In this document: positions 39,739 through 50,435 of the stretch, piece after piece
Layout of the letters: each line of letters opens with the position of its first letter
How positions within the stretch are numbered: the stretch's first letter is position 1
Assembly (NCBI GenBank): GCA_009859145.1
Contig: VRVR01000010.1
Coordinates: 1 to 64,000, forward strand
Direction: 5' to 3'
Origin: Andalucia godoyi And28
Lineage: Eukaryota > Protista > Jakobida
Length of the DNA: 64,000 bases
Notes under the pieces: generated by a model
The model's input: the letters and a program-made list of their open reading frames with translations, nothing else
What the model was told of the DNA's origin: nothing
Databases searched by the model: none
Position numbers and translations under genes: made by a program

Positions 39739-42700
39739 CTACAAGGTTGCATCCAAGAGACGCTTTCTGGCGACCAACACCATCCAGTTCTGTACATCGT
39801 GGCAATGAAGAAGGGTTGCGCTGATGGTCTCAAGAGACTTCTTGTATGGATGCACCACACTCTGGCGTTTCCGCAAGGTATCCAGGCCGAACAGTGCGTT
39901 GGATTCCGACAATGGAGAGTCAGCAACAGGCCCCTCCGGATCGTATCGCCGTACTCCATCAAACAACGGCACAGCAATCGACGGAGCGTCGAGCTGATCG
40001 TGGTTCGCGTGCGATTCATCATCACGGTCGTCAGCAGCCGCATTTGTTAGCGCACTTGAATCTGCAGCAGATGCCACAGTCAGACCATCCGACCTGACGT
40101 CCAACGCTCGCCCTTGCGCAGGAGCGTTGCTGCCCGCAGGCCTTCCTGTCGAATCGCTTTTTGTGGATCCTGCATGACTGCGCGCAGTGGAATTGCCAGA
40201 CGACGGATCGTGCTTGCTACTTCTGTTCTGGTCGGAACCACCCTTTCCGCCACCAGCACCAGATCCGCCGGGAGGTTTGCCATCGGATGGTGGCGGACTC
40301 GACTCATTCGCAATGGCCCCTACAATAGACCGAAGACGATTTGCGGCATAGGAAGTGTGCAAGCAGACAGGGGCTTCTGCAACGGCGCTCTCTGCATCTT
40401 GGACCGTCATCTTCATCTCGCGTTTCTCGACACGTGTAGCCGTCCCAAAGAGGCGCGACACATGGGAAATCCACTCTGCGAACTCGCCGTGGATATACTC
40501 ATCTTCATGAGGTCGGAACATTTCCTTCACGACCGTGGCGTCAATGAGATTTCTCGCGCTGCGCATGATCGTGAGCATTGTGCTTCGGACTTGCTGAAGA
40601 CGGAGCCACTCCCGCGAGATTGGGATCCACGGATGGGCGTCCCACATTCCAGGGACCAACTGAACCAACTGCATTCCATGGACGACGTTAAAGGCCGTGC
40701 AGTCTCCGGCACATCCCATCCATTCCTGCAAAATCTCCAAAAATGCATCCGCATAATGCAAAAACGGAGACAAAATGCCACAATCTGAGCAGCACTCGGA
40801 AATCAGACTTCGGAGATCGGACACCTGATCGGGCGTATGGGAGCTCAGTACTGCGTCGCGCAGCAATCCGACGCACTTTGCAATTCTGGGATGCGATTTC
40901 AGTAGCACATCGTGCTCATCCTGGATCTCACGGGCCCACTCGACAGCATTTTCGATCGTGAACAGCTTGGTTTCCCCATTCTGCGGAAGACCGCTCGGAA
41001 TGACGTGTTTGGGAGCGAGAGGGAGTTTCAGACTCTCTAGTACACCACCAGACGGCTGGTCAGGATCTTCCTGGGAAGCAGCCATCAACACCTGATGAAT
41101 CCGCTTCCGAAATACACGCCGAACTCTGCTAGATGCCAAAAAGCGATGAAGTGCCAGCGACTGGTGAATGTTCATTGACGGATCAAGCTGCTCTGTGAAC
41201 GACTCTGCTCCGTCTGCCGCATGATCCGTCTTCCACTTGTGCCAGATATCGCGGATTGTCGAATTTGAATCATCCATCGCTTCTGCGTCTGCGGACTTCT
41301 TTGTAGAAACAGCAGCCGGGGCAGCAACAACACCGTCTTTTGGAGGACTCGATGTCTTCTTTCGGGGAGTGGTGTCCGCCAAAGCGTGCAGTTGCCGAGA
41401 GAGGGCAGACATGATATCATTGATATCATTTTCCAGAGCGTGAATCTCTTTCTCGGTGTCCTCTTGGGATGACAGCAGCTGCTCGGTAGTGGGCTGCGGC
41501 GTTGTCTTTGTCGCGACGCGGTTCGATGACGTCCGCGAAGCTCGCGTCAGCGTTGGCGTGGTGGCATCACGTTGCGCAACGGCTTCCGCGGTCCGCAAAA
41601 CCGGTACTATTGCAGGTCGATTGCTCGTACTGTTCGCTGTGGTATTCCTCGTACCCGCTCTAGCAGGCAAAGACACGACAGGTGAAGAACAGCTCGCAGA
41701 TTGCGCATATCGTGACTGAGCAGCTCGAATGTTTGGACTCCGGCCAGGAGGCCGGATTTTCCGTCGAAGAAGTGCCTGCTGAATGGCACTGTCTCCACTC
41801 GGCGTCTTCTTTTCGCTGGACGAAGGCAAACGAGGCATCGTGCTCAACTTCCGTTCTTGCAACTTTGACAGTTCGTGGAGAACTTCCTGCACTGTCGGGA
41901 CTTCCTCCTCTTCCTCCTCTTCATCCCCCTGCTGCCGGTGTTGCTGTTGGTGGTGTTGCTCGTCACCTGCATCTCCAAGGTTGGAAGACCTTGGAACATG
42001 CGGTGACTCTTGGACAGAGAGCACATCCTCTTTACCGACCTTCGGGTGGACGGAAGCTGATTTCTTTCCAGGACTAATGCTGCCCGTGGATTTGAACAAT
42101 TCCCAGTGTTTCAACAGCTCTGTCCGCACGGTGCCATACTCCTCGGTCCTCCACGGACAGAGCGCTGAGAATGAAGACTTGAGGTTCGAGATCCAATCTC
42201 CACATTCGTACCATTCTGAAGCGTCCTGAAAGTCCTCGTGGAAGCACGCCATGTAGCCCAGAACCAGAGACTGGATTCTGGCTGCTGCAAACAACTGGCT
42301 CACAAACAACAGTGCGAACGCAGATTCATGGGTGATTCCATAGTCCGTAAACACTCTTTTGAACTTGTCCAAGTCCGCAGAGTACTTTGTTGTCGCTGCT
42401 TGTCTTTCCAAGGACGTCCACTGCTTCTTCAGAACTCGTTCTTTGGAAAGCAAGTCGATTTTTTCCAGAATCTCGTCGTGTGTTGAACTGACAATGCTAT
42501 CCATCCGCGCATCCTTGTCACTTGGACTGGAATTGTTATTCTGAATGCGAAGATTGAGCAGCTGAGAAAGCTTGTCTTTCATCTTCAACTTGGCTTCGCT
42601 CACGATCTCGGCCTCCATGTCATCTTGTCGCGGATTCAAATCATCCAGCACGTGCATCGTAGTCGCAAACAACACCGCGGAGGAAAGCAAGTTTAGCGCT

Positions 42701-42960
42701 TCTTCCAAATTGACCTGCGCCATGAGGTGCCCAAACACGCGGTACGGATGCTCGATGTCTGCGCGACATACAATGGAGTCCGGCCCGAGGTTCAGAGATG
42801 GAATATCCACCAAAACAGAAGGGTGTTCTCTCACAAGAAGTCGGTCTGCAATCACATCCGAGTGCTCAATCGACGGCGTTCGCGGAAACAGCAGCGTAGC
42901 ATCCCGAGGAGGCGTGTGTGAAAAGACAATGGTCACTCGTACAAGATCAGGAACTCGCAT
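39739..42960 (-). CDS. Large hypothetical protein (~1070 aa), helical/coiled-coil with low-complexity linkers
   Basis: Uninterrupted 3.2-kb ORF; an alternative in-frame ATG exists at 43167; no family recognised. Confidence 0.75.
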   Translation of the reverse strand: MRVPDLVRVTIVFSHTPPRDATLLFPRTPSIEHSDVIADRLLVREHPSVLVDIPSLNLGPDSIVCRADIEHPYRVFGHLMAQVNLEEALNLLSSAVLFATTMHVLDDLNPRQDDMEAEIVSEAKLKMKDKLSQLLNLRIQNNNSSPSDKDARMDSIVSSTHDEILEKIDLLSKERVLKKQWTSLERQAATTKYSADLDKFKRVFTDYGITHESAFALLFVSQLFAAARIQSLVLGYMACFHEDFQDASEWYECGDWISNLKSSFSALCPWRTEEYGTVRTELLKHWELFKSTGSISPGKKSASVHPKVGKEDVLSVQESPHVPRSSNLGDAGDEQHHQQQHRQQGDEEEEEEEVPTVQEVLHELSKLQERKLSTMPRLPSSSEKKTPSGDSAIQQALLRRKIRPPGRSPNIRAAQSRYAQSASCSSPVVSLPARAGTRNTTANSTSNRPAIVPVLRTAEAVAQRDATTPTLTRASRTSSNRVATKTTPQPTTEQLLSSQEDTEKEIHALENDINDIMSALSRQLHALADTTPRKKTSSPPKDGVVAAPAAVSTKKSADAEAMDDSNSTIRDIWHKWKTDHAADGAESFTEQLDPSMNIHQSLALHRFLASSRVRRVFRKRIHQVLMAASQEDPDQPSGGVLESLKLPLAPKHVIPSGLPQNGETKLFTIENAVEWAREIQDEHDVLLKSHPRIAKCVGLLRDAVLSSHTPDQVSDLRSLISECCSDCGILSPFLHYADAFLEILQEWMGCAGDCTAFNVVHGMQLVQLVPGMWDAHPWIPISREWLRLQQVRSTMLTIMRSARNLIDATVVKEMFRPHEDEYIHGEFAEWISHVSRLFGTATRVEKREMKMTVQDAESAVAEAPVCLHTSYAANRLRSIVGAIANESSPPPSDGKPPGGSGAGGGKGGSDQNRSSKHDPSSGNSTARSHAGSTKSDSTGRPAGSNAPAQGRALDVRSDGLTVASAADSSALTNAAADDRDDESHANHDQLDAPSIAVPLFDGVRRYDPEGPVADSPLSESNALFGLDTLRKRQSVVHPYKKSLETISATLLHCHDVQNWMVLVARKRLLDATL

Positions 42961-43323
42961 TACCAACTTTGTCTTTGTCTCTGTCGTCGTCTCCTCGACT
43001 TCTTCTTCTTCTTCTTCTTCTTCCTCTCCTTTTTGAACCCCGCAACGACTCCAAAACAACAGCAATCCCAGCCAAAACACCTGGAACCGACCAAAAAAGG
43101 CGCAGGGTTTTTCAGGAGGAAAAGGCAAAAACAAAAAATCGTTGGGGGGGGAGAGGCTGACTAGCATCAAGCCAAGGAACGAAAGAACGGCACCCGATTT
43201 GTTTTATATATTTTTGGAAAACATGAAAAAATCGCTACGAGTGGATGGATTATCACTTTCCATCATTGGAATTGGAATTCGGCCTTGTTTTCCCTTTTCT
43301 TTTTGGAAAAGAAAACCGGTAGA

Positions 43324-44136
43324 ATGGCGCAACGGCTTGCAGGAAAAGTGGCGCTACTTACAGGGGCTGCAGTGGGACTTGGAAAGGGAGTTGCGGAGGC
43401 ATTCGTTCGTGAGGGTGCCAAGGTTGCAATCTGCGATTTAAACCTCGCTGCTGCCGAGTCATGCGCAAAAGAGCTTCGGGCCAAGGGGTTCTCGGCAATC
43501 CCTGTGAAGATGGACGTGTCTTCGGAAGTCGATGTTGTGAAGGGCATCCAGCATACCATTCACGAGCTCGGAAAGATTGATGTTTTGCTCAACAATGCAG
43601 GGTTTCAGCACATCGTTGCGATCAAGGACTGTGAGTATGGGATGTTCAAAAAGATGCTTGAAGTGCATGTCGGCGGTGCGTTCCTCTGCACTCGAGAAGT
43701 ACTGCGCCACTTTGTGGAGCGTGCTGAAAAGGAAAAGAACGGAAAGCTGTTGGGTGCAACGATCCTCAACATGGGATCCGCACATTCAAAGACCGTTTCG
43801 CCACTCAAGGCCCCGTACTGCACGGCGAAGCATGCACTTGTGGGTCTGACTCGATCGACCGCATTGGAAGGCGCACAGTACGGTGTCCGATCGAACCTGG
43901 TTTGCCCAGGATTTGTGCTCACGGATCTTGTCAAGAAACAGATTCCAGAACAAGCACAGGCGCTCGGAATCTCAGAAGACGACGTCATCAAGAAGGTCAT
44001 GCTCAAGAACACCGTCGACGGCGAGTTTTCAACTGTCGAAGATATTGCAGAAGCCTGTGTGTTTCTCGCTGCCCATCCTACAAACGTCCTTACAGGACAA
44101 TCTATGATCCTGTCCCACGGATGGGTTATGGAGTAG
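43324..44136 (+). CDS. bdhA: D-3-hydroxybutyrate dehydrogenase, bacterial BdhA type (SDR)
   Basis: TGAAVGLG, NNAGFQH, HVGGAFL, MGSAHS..SPLKAPYCTAKH, CPGFVLTDLVKKQIPEQA..LGISE..VIKKVML.NTVDG, LTGQS..SHGW: the signature of proteobacterial BDH. Confidence 0.92.
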   Translation: MAQRLAGKVALLTGAAVGLGKGVAEAFVREGAKVAICDLNLAAAESCAKELRAKGFSAIPVKMDVSSEVDVVKGIQHTIHELGKIDVLLNNAGFQHIVAIKDCEYGMFKKMLEVHVGGAFLCTREVLRHFVERAEKEKNGKLLGATILNMGSAHSKTVSPLKAPYCTAKHALVGLTRSTALEGAQYGVRSNLVCPGFVLTDLVKKQIPEQAQALGISEDDVIKKVMLKNTVDGEFSTVEDIAEACVFLAAHPTNVLTGQSMILSHGWVME

Positions 44137-44632
44137 CGCTTCCTAGACCGAGCACAGTTCTGCTGCATCCTCATCCTCTCTCTGGAGGAATGCGAAACAT
44201 TCCACCACTACTACTACAAAACAAAAACAAAAAAGAACATTACCATTAACACACCGGACGAGCTACATTTCGAAACTCCCCGAGGAGAGGATGGATGAAG
44301 AAAAACAAAAAGACAAATGAAGACAAAAATACGATTTTTTATATTTTTGTACGAGACCTTTTAGAAATATTCGGCAATACGAAAATGACGAAAATACACA
44401 ATGATAGCGACGTGAGAAAAAGAAGACGGTGAAAAAAGTGACAGATGGACGCTTGGAGAGTCACGGGCAGCACATACGACAAACGAATTCAAAATCAAAA
44501 ATCAAAACGGAAGAGAGAGAGAGGGGGGGGAAGGACAAGGACAAGGACACAAATATAAACAAAGAGACAAAATAAAATAATATTCGCGGAACATCAAGTA
44601 CACAGCGAAGCGGAATCAAAAAGTCTGGTTGA

Positions 44633-45724
44633 CTAATTCTGCTTGGTGCTGCCGTTTGCAAAGTGCGAGATCATATTGTAAACAGTTATGATCTGCGGGC
44701 CCAGCTTGGTAGCATACGCAGGCGACGAGAATCCCCACCAATCAAAGCAGCCCTTTGGATTCTGGGCAGTGGTCTCGGCCTGCGGGAACAAAATAATCAT
44801 ATTGTTGGATTCTGCATAGCGGATGTACTTGGACTTCTCGACGAACAGCAACCCAATGTCCGCGATGGTCATTTCACATCCGTGCATGGCAACGTGGATC
44901 TTGCACTTTGCGCCTGGAGTCTGGCAGACAGACGGAATGTACACATATGCGGACTCACCCAGCGAGATCAGATCGTGTGACACAACAATCTTTGGCATGA
45001 ACGCTGTCTGATCAAATTCATACAGGTTTTCGAGCTTTGCTTCCGCTGCAGGAGCATTGACGCTGCCATACAGCTGTGTCAACATGTCTCCAACGGAGTC
45101 AAAGCCACAATTGTTCATAAAGGGCGAGCCAAGGAAGTCGCAAGTCGATCCAAAATCATCCGTGGCGAGCGCATGCTCGGCCGGAATGTCGTATCGCGCC
45201 TTGATTCTCATCGGATCCACATAATGTTCATAGTACTGCTGCAACTTCTTCACGACTCCTTGCTCGACAATCGAATCCTCGGACCCTGAAAACACATATA
45301 CATTCGTGTTCTTCATGTTGGACGTCGCATCAATCGACAGGGCTACCTCTGCGTAGTCCGTCGCTGCAATCAGCGCATCAATGGAGATAAGCTCGGGCTG
45401 CGACATGCATGCAGTAGTTGCAACAGCGACGTTCGCACCCGCACACCAGTAAGGACCGCCGGCAAACACCCCTACTCCCTTCACAAGCGAAGAGTACGAC
45501 ACTTGGAACTGAACGGCAAAATATCCGCCAGCCGAAAGTCCCGAGATTGTCAGCTGTGAGATATCTGCAATGTTCGACGGAAGATCCGATGTACTGTTCA
45601 CAACCGTGTGCCAACTGCCCATCGCTTGTCCAAACGAGGAAATGGACCCGCTTGCAACACAAAGACAGGCAAAAAGCACAGCAATGTGAACCATGGAAAA
45701 CGCAGAAAAACAAGAACTCGACAT
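44633..45724 (-). CDS. phaZ: Secreted poly(3-hydroxybutyrate) depolymerase, single catalytic domain with N-terminal lipase box
   Basis: Signal peptide; ISGLSAGGYFA lipase box, AGGPYWCA, VYVFSGSEDSIV (Asp), AEHA (His), PFMNNCGFD, CKIHVAMHGC, NNMIILFPQ, NPKGCFDWWG. Confidence 0.87.
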   Translation of the reverse strand: MSSSCFSAFSMVHIAVLFACLCVASGSISSFGQAMGSWHTVVNSTSDLPSNIADISQLTISGLSAGGYFAVQFQVSYSSLVKGVGVFAGGPYWCAGANVAVATTACMSQPELISIDALIAATDYAEVALSIDATSNMKNTNVYVFSGSEDSIVEQGVVKKLQQYYEHYVDPMRIKARYDIPAEHALATDDFGSTCDFLGSPFMNNCGFDSVGDMLTQLYGSVNAPAAEAKLENLYEFDQTAFMPKIVVSHDLISLGESAYVYIPSVCQTPGAKCKIHVAMHGCEMTIADIGLLFVEKSKYIRYAESNNMIILFPQAETTAQNPKGCFDWWGFSSPAYATKLGPQIITVYNMISHFANGSTKQN

Positions 45725-46789
45725 TCTACTCGGGTATGGGGAACGCAACGGAACGTCCCGGGTAATTTTTGGTGAAAACAACGAGAGCAATATGGAAATA
45801 AAGAAGGTACAAAGGAAGATTTAAAATATAATAATCCAAAGGCAGAAATGAAAAAACGAAAAAATTTAGTGGGAAATTCCCAATGGTGGGGGGAAGGAAA
45901 TGTCAGCGTCATTGTCATGGGGGATGTTAGAATTTGCTTTGGATGCACTACGGACGTTGGAGAATTCACGGATTGCTTGCAATGCGCTTGTGCTGGAGAG
46001 CCGTTCGATCCAATCGACGCAACGACCATCACTGCTCTAACAATGCACTGGCAATGGGGGAATTTCAAACGGGGTCGCACAGCTCATCGTCACAGACAGC
46101 TTCACTCTTCTTGAATTAAAGCACTTTTACTAGCACAGACGTTCGCAAAATGTCGAATTCGTTGCTCCTTGTGGAACCACGTGGCCGGAGACGTCGTGGA
46201 AAGTGCAGGTGTGAGTTGCCGGGGGGAAGCCGACCACCCGAAAGTCCTGCCCCCCTTCCCTCGCCCCTTGGTCCACTGAGGAGCAAAAACAATGGAAACG
46301 CTAATTTATAATTATATTCACTCAAAAAAGAAAGGGTGCGGTACGACCACACGGTACCAAGCACCGGCGGTCAAGTTTGCTGGTGCTGGTTGTGTGGCGT
46401 GTTGATTGGCGGGTGGGGTGCGCTTCCATCTTTCCACCCCGTTCTCTAATCCCCGACTCCAACTTTTCGTTGCAAATCTTGACGCTTGGTTCCCCATTTC
46501 TTCGCATCCTTCGTCTTTTTGTGCATCGAGTAGAACTAGTGCTGATCAACCTTGCCATCCATTACTTGCCAGGATCTTTTGCGGGGTACATTTTTATTTC
46601 GATTTTCGCCACTTCTTTTCCGTTTCTTTTTCCTTTCCTATTTTGTTTGCTTCTCGATTCTTCTCTGTAGTTTTCACCCCCCCCATCAAATAACATCTAC
46701 CAGAAACGGAGCAGACCACAAAAAAAAAAAAAACAAAGACACAGAGAAAGGGAAAAGAAGAAGAAGAAGAAGAAGAAGAAGGAAAAAAG

Positions 46790-47800
46790 ATGGTCAAGGA
46801 CGACGAAGCGATTACGACAATCTTGGTAACTGGAGGCTGTGGCTTCATTGGTTCTCATCTTGTAGAAACTGTCTTGTCTCAGCATCCTACGTGGCGCATT
46901 CGGATTATCGATAACTTGCGAACTGGAAAACCGGAGAACGCTGCGTGGTTTGAAAAGGAGCCGAATGTGAAGGTTGTAATCGGATCAATTCTCGACCGAC
47001 AGCTTGTGGCGCAGTGTGTTGCCGGCGTAGACTACATATTTCACTTTGCTGCTTTCATCAGTGTGCCCGAATCCATGAGCAATCCGCTGGAATGCGTGCA
47101 GATCAACACAGAAGGCACGATTGTGCTGTTGGAAGAGGCGGCCAAGGCCAAAGTGAAGAAGTTTATGTTTTCATCCACGTCCGCCGTGTACGGAGCATCC
47201 GAAGAGTCTCCAAAGAAGGAGGCCATGTCGCCCACGTGTTTGTCTCCCTACGGAATGACGAAGGCCGACGGAGAGTTTTACACACAGATGTTCAACCATG
47301 CAGGAAAGGTCCCTGGCGTTGTGTTGCGATATTTTAATGTATTCGGACCTCGACAGGACCCAAACTCGCAATATGCAGCAGTCATCCCCGCATTCGTGTC
47401 ACTGGCGGTCCAGGGAAGGGACCTCAATATTTTCGGAGACGGCGAGCAAACCAGAGATTTTGTGAGTGTCAAGGACATCGTGAGCGCAAACTTGCACGCC
47501 GCAAAAACGGAGTCAATGAACGGAAAGATCTTCAACGTTGGGTACGGCAAAGCAGTGTCCGTCAATTCCCTTGCTAAACAAATCTTTGAGATCGTCGAAA
47601 GGCGAACAGGAAAGCCGGTGGAATCAAGGATCGTGAATCACCCACCACGGAGCGGAGACACCAAACACTCCATGGCCGACGTATCGAGATTATTTGCAAC
47701 TGGATGGGAGCCCACGTACTCTTTCGAGACGGCAATGGAAGAAACGGTCGACTACTTTCTCAAACTCCACGGAAAGGTGATGAGTGGAACGCACGCCTAA
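46790..47800 (+). CDS. NAD-dependent UDP-sugar 4-epimerase, bacterial WbpP/GalE-like extended SDR
   Basis: ILVTGGCGFIGSHL, HFAAFISVPES, SSTSAVYG, SPYGMTK, LRYFNVFGPRQDPNSQYAAVIP, GDGEQTRDFV. Confidence 0.9.
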   Translation: MVKDDEAITTILVTGGCGFIGSHLVETVLSQHPTWRIRIIDNLRTGKPENAAWFEKEPNVKVVIGSILDRQLVAQCVAGVDYIFHFAAFISVPESMSNPLECVQINTEGTIVLLEEAAKAKVKKFMFSSTSAVYGASEESPKKEAMSPTCLSPYGMTKADGEFYTQMFNHAGKVPGVVLRYFNVFGPRQDPNSQYAAVIPAFVSLAVQGRDLNIFGDGEQTRDFVSVKDIVSANLHAAKTESMNGKIFNVGYGKAVSVNSLAKQIFEIVERRTGKPVESRIVNHPPRSGDTKHSMADVSRLFATGWEPTYSFETAMEETVDYFLKLHGKVMSGTHA

Positions 47801-47967
47801 CTAATCGCTCCATGTCCCCACTCCATCAGCTGATGTGATCTGTCATCTGTCCTGCAAAAGACGGGACCTTCTCTCGATAACGTAAACATGTATTTCCCCC
47901 GCCTTTGTGCCGAAAGGACTCCAGAGTGGATCCGAGAACAGATTTTTTCTTTCTTCACACTGCGCAG

Positions 47968-49914
47968 TTATCGAGAAAAGCTGGAAGTCGACGGGCTCTG
48001 CGGGCTCGTTTGAAAACGATCATACGACCACAGCGACATGCTGTGCGGAGAATTGCCGAGATGTCCATTGCTCGGAGCAGACGGGGCAAAAAAGAGATCA
48101 TACATCGGCTGTGTGGGCTGACCTTGGGAAGGAGATCCGGAGGCAGATACATCAAAGGACAGCAGATTCGCAAGCGGGTCCCGATTCGTGGCAGCTTGAT
48201 CGAATGGAGACAAGCTACCAGACGCACCAACTGCAGAAAGCCCGTGCACGGAATTCCAAACAGAGACTTCGACTGGAGGGGGGGCATCGAAGCTCAGGTC
48301 CTCCATCGTTTGGAACAGCATGACATCTTCCGCGTCGTCATCATCGTCATCATCATCATCATCTCTGTCACTGCATTCACCCTTGTCGTTGTCGTTGTTG
48401 TCGATGACAGTTCCATTCCCATCACCAGCATTGTTCATGTCCGCATCGTCATCGCCGCTGATGAGTTTCATATTTGTGTCACGGTGTGGTTCGCCATGGT
48501 GGTCAACCGCGTCGTTGTCGTTTGTGTGACGAGGCTTCGCAACAGAGGCAGAAGAGGACTCCAAAGACACTTCCACGGACTCATCAATGCACGGAGCCAT
48601 CGGTTCTTCCGGTTTCGACAACGTCCATGCAACATCCGCAACTGTTGCGAACGCCTCCAATACTTCCCAGTCCGAATTCCGACGCAAATTCTCCCAGTTC
48701 ACGCCTTTGAAAGCCCGCAGCGTGCGTCTGTACCGCAGATCTTCTTCGCGCTCCCGAGCCACTCCGTCCTCAAGGACATCCTTGATGAAACGCGAACTAC
48801 TCAGGAAAACAGCGTCCTGCTTGGAGTGCAGGGCAGAAACAATCAGCACCAAACACGAGAGCTTGCGATACTGGCAATAGATTGCAAACAGTGTATCCAC
48901 CAGCCTCTGTGCAATGGGACGCAACATCTCAGTGTGCGAGAGCTGGGTCGTAGAAAGCTGCAAGCAATACACCGCCAAAAGCGTGATTTTCTCGTTCTCC
49001 AGCACAGGGTCCAGTGCGGAGATGTGTTTCCTCGAAGACACCTTGGCAACTTGCACATCGCCTGACTGCATCTCACAGTCCTTCTCGTTTTCTTCCGAAT
49101 CCGAAGATGAGGCAGAAGAAACGGGCTGCGAATCCGCCGTGCTCACGGCATTGAGTTTGGTGATCAGGTATGTCGCAAGGTCTCGGAGATATGCATCAAA
49201 TTTGTCGAAGGACACTCTTGTGTAAAAAACAGACATGAGCTTGAGCATCGGGTGCTGCATCGGTTTTGCAAACAGCGTCAGAAGATTCTGATCTGCATTC
49301 TCAAACAAGTGCGTGACGTTCAGCGCAAACACATAGTAGAAACATGCGTTGAAATCATCCCTTCTCAAAGCAGCAATCACACCCAGTTGATTCTTTGCCA
49401 TGCCAAAATTCGGAACGAGATCCGATGCTCGCTGATAATGTCTTTCTGCATAGTGGAACTCCGCAGTCCTCTTGTGCGAAATGGAGTCTGCAAGATACTT
49501 CTCCCTATACCGCGCAAGATCTCCTCTGTAAACCTCGACTTTTGCAGCCAGCAGACGATGGGTGTTATTTTGGAGGTCGAATTTCCGAACAAGATCCGTC
49601 AAGAATGCAGATCCGACTTCCACGAAATCGAGAAACATAGATCTCCGCTCCACTTTCAAATGCTCCGAAAGCGATCTGAAGTCCTCTATGCACTTGTAGA
49701 AGGTGAGTCTCCACATCTGCAACAGCACGTCTTTCGACTGCGTAAGCTTGGGGTCAGATATCACAATCTTACCAAGCTTCGACCGGAGATGCGCAACCCG
49801 AGTCTGGACAGCAGGATCAAACCATGATCCTTTACGCCCGGCCATATCCTTCAGTTCAGTCCCAAGCGCCACACATTCTTTTAGTGCTTCACGTGCATCA
49901 AAGGCGTTGGACAT
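47968..49914 (-). CDS. Est1/SMG7-like NMD/telomerase-associated protein (no PIN domain)
   Basis: MWRLTFYKCIEDFR, YRGDLARYRE, HYQRA..LVPNFGMAKNQLGVIA, FYY..AL...FENA..NL; acidic/Ser-Pro tail. Confidence 0.85.
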   Translation of the reverse strand: MSNAFDAREALKECVALGTELKDMAGRKGSWFDPAVQTRVAHLRSKLGKIVISDPKLTQSKDVLLQMWRLTFYKCIEDFRSLSEHLKVERRSMFLDFVEVGSAFLTDLVRKFDLQNNTHRLLAAKVEVYRGDLARYREKYLADSISHKRTAEFHYAERHYQRASDLVPNFGMAKNQLGVIAALRRDDFNACFYYVFALNVTHLFENADQNLLTLFAKPMQHPMLKLMSVFYTRVSFDKFDAYLRDLATYLITKLNAVSTADSQPVSSASSSDSEENEKDCEMQSGDVQVAKVSSRKHISALDPVLENEKITLLAVYCLQLSTTQLSHTEMLRPIAQRLVDTLFAIYCQYRKLSCLVLIVSALHSKQDAVFLSSSRFIKDVLEDGVAREREEDLRYRRTLRAFKGVNWENLRRNSDWEVLEAFATVADVAWTLSKPEEPMAPCIDESVEVSLESSSASVAKPRHTNDNDAVDHHGEPHRDTNMKLISGDDDADMNNAGDGNGTVIDNNDNDKGECSDRDDDDDDDDDDAEDVMLFQTMEDLSFDAPPPVEVSVWNSVHGLSAVGASGSLSPFDQAATNRDPLANLLSFDVSASGSPSQGQPTQPMYDLFFAPSAPSNGHLGNSPHSMSLWSYDRFQTSPQSPSTSSFSR

Positions 49915-49984
49915 GCAAACTCGACACAAAGTCAAAAAATAATTTTTATAATTTTTAAAAAAATACAAAGGACAGGAAAGAAGA

Positions 49985-50023
49985 GGAAACGAAAGGAAAC
50001 GAAAGGAAACGAAAGGAAACGAA
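49985..50023. repeat. Tandem 10-mer (GGAAACGAAA)x~4
   Basis: Read directly. Confidence 0.85.
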
Positions 50024-50435
50024 AGTGAACAGCAACAGTGGGAAAAAGCAATCACGTGAGAGAGTGGAGAGATATGCATGCATCATGCACCGATGTGTAA
50101 ACCCTAAACAGTTGTGGTCCCCATTTGTCCGCAAATTGCGTCTCAACACGAAAAATTGCAAGAGGACCTGCTTCACTCCGCTCACTCTCTCTCTCTCTCT
50201 CACACACACACAAACACTTCTCTCGTTCTCTTGTTTTATTTCTTTCTGTTTCGTTGTGTGCAGAGGTATGATCGTCACGTTCTTACTTTCGTAATATCAG
50301 TTCTGTGCACAAGTGGTCTTTTTTTGCGTGGTCTTTTTTTGCGTGGTTTTATCGAGGTAGCAACACAGCTTTCGGTTAAGGGTCAAATAAGAAGGAAAGG
50401 GGATACAACGATACAGCGTGATAACTTTTCTCTGA

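Noticed and set aside
46240-46247. RNase MRP/P CR-I-like GAAAGTCC
   Set aside because: No complementary CR-V/P4 strand found downstream.
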